DNA of 64,000 nt from a virus, in IMG/VR virus record IMGVR_UViG_3300005288_000001, positions 108,502 to 172,501 of that record; one strand, 5' to 3'. The notes beneath the pieces are model-generated. The model had not been told where the DNA came from. It made no database searches and saw only the letters and a program-made list of their open reading frames with translations. This document shows positions 63,746-64,000 of this stretch, piece by piece; within the stretch, counting starts at the first letter, position 1, and every line of letters begins with the position of its first letter. Made by a program: the position numbers and the translations under genes.

Positions 63746-63774
63746 ATTATAACGCGGTTTCAATTAAAATTAAA
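63746..63774 (-). promoter_or_regulatory. Early promoter TTTAAT-N17-TATAAT
   Basis: Family match. Confidence 0.75.
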
Positions 63775-63876
63775 GACCTTTATTTTGTAGGGTATAGAGT
63801 GGCGGCACGGAATCCGTAGTATAATAAAGTAGCGCACTCAAAACAGCAAGCATCGCGACGACGGGTCCGCTACCCA

Positions 63877-63920
63877 ATTATACCCTAGATTTGAATAAAA
63901 TAAAAGCCCCCGGAGGGGCC
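63877..63920 (-). promoter_or_regulatory. Stem-loop plus early promoter TTTTAT-N17-TATAAT
   Basis: A GCCCC-TCCG-GGGGC hairpin adjoining the -35 box. Confidence 0.75.
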
Positions 63921-64000
63921 AGGGGTATTAGCGCCAGGCGTAGACGTCAATACCCGATTGGACGCTACAGCCGCCCAGTTCAATTTGGAAAAAGCCAGGG

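Noticed and set aside
63626-63763. 127-aa ORF starting at 63763
   Set aside because: The start lies inside a promoter. A 29-aa peptide gene plus an 81-aa gene explains the region better.
1-64000. Alternative genetic code, introns or inteins
   Set aside because: Core genes are intact and tightly coupled under code 11, and no splicing or homing-endonuclease motifs were seen.

Overview
This window is part of a T4-like (myovirus) phage genome in the standard genetic code, probably infecting a Gram-negative host. From 1 to 33.4 kb (minus strand) is the late structural arm: gp48, gp53, a gp27-like hub, gp5, gp25, gp6, gp7, a tailspike, gp8, a 2141-aa VrlC-like protein, a chaperone-bearing fibre with a Gly-rich adhesin, an appendage module and gp13/14/15. 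From 33.8 to 39.6 kb (plus strand) is a late operon: gp4, gp2, gp54, a holin, a displaced gp16, gp26, a gp51-like ORF and the probable tape measure protein. From 39.6 to 50.7 kb are replication and auxiliary genes: gp32, gp59, gp33, ligase, AAA ATPase, ClpP, a SleB-type hydrolase, a nuclease, a GH19 endolysin, PhoH, HAD, vWA and a metallophosphoesterase. From 50.7 to 64 kb is an accessory/early region of small genes, nucleotide-processing enzymes and repeated sigma70-type promoter and stem-loop cassettes. The strongest leads are: (1) a GC-rich, self-contained two-gene cassette for secreted proteins that resembles a fibre/amyloid subunit plus a Cys-containing partner; (2) a -1 slippery site joining gp26 to gp51 just before the tape measure gene, in the style of lambda G/GT; (3) a gp5 carrying GH19 and M15 peptidase domains; (4) a tandem triplet of paralogs with conserved ends and variable middles; (5) an extremely basic 18-aa-repeat protein beside the neck genes. 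All calls come from motif and synteny recognition; no database searches were run. No tRNA, CRISPR array or integrase was seen.
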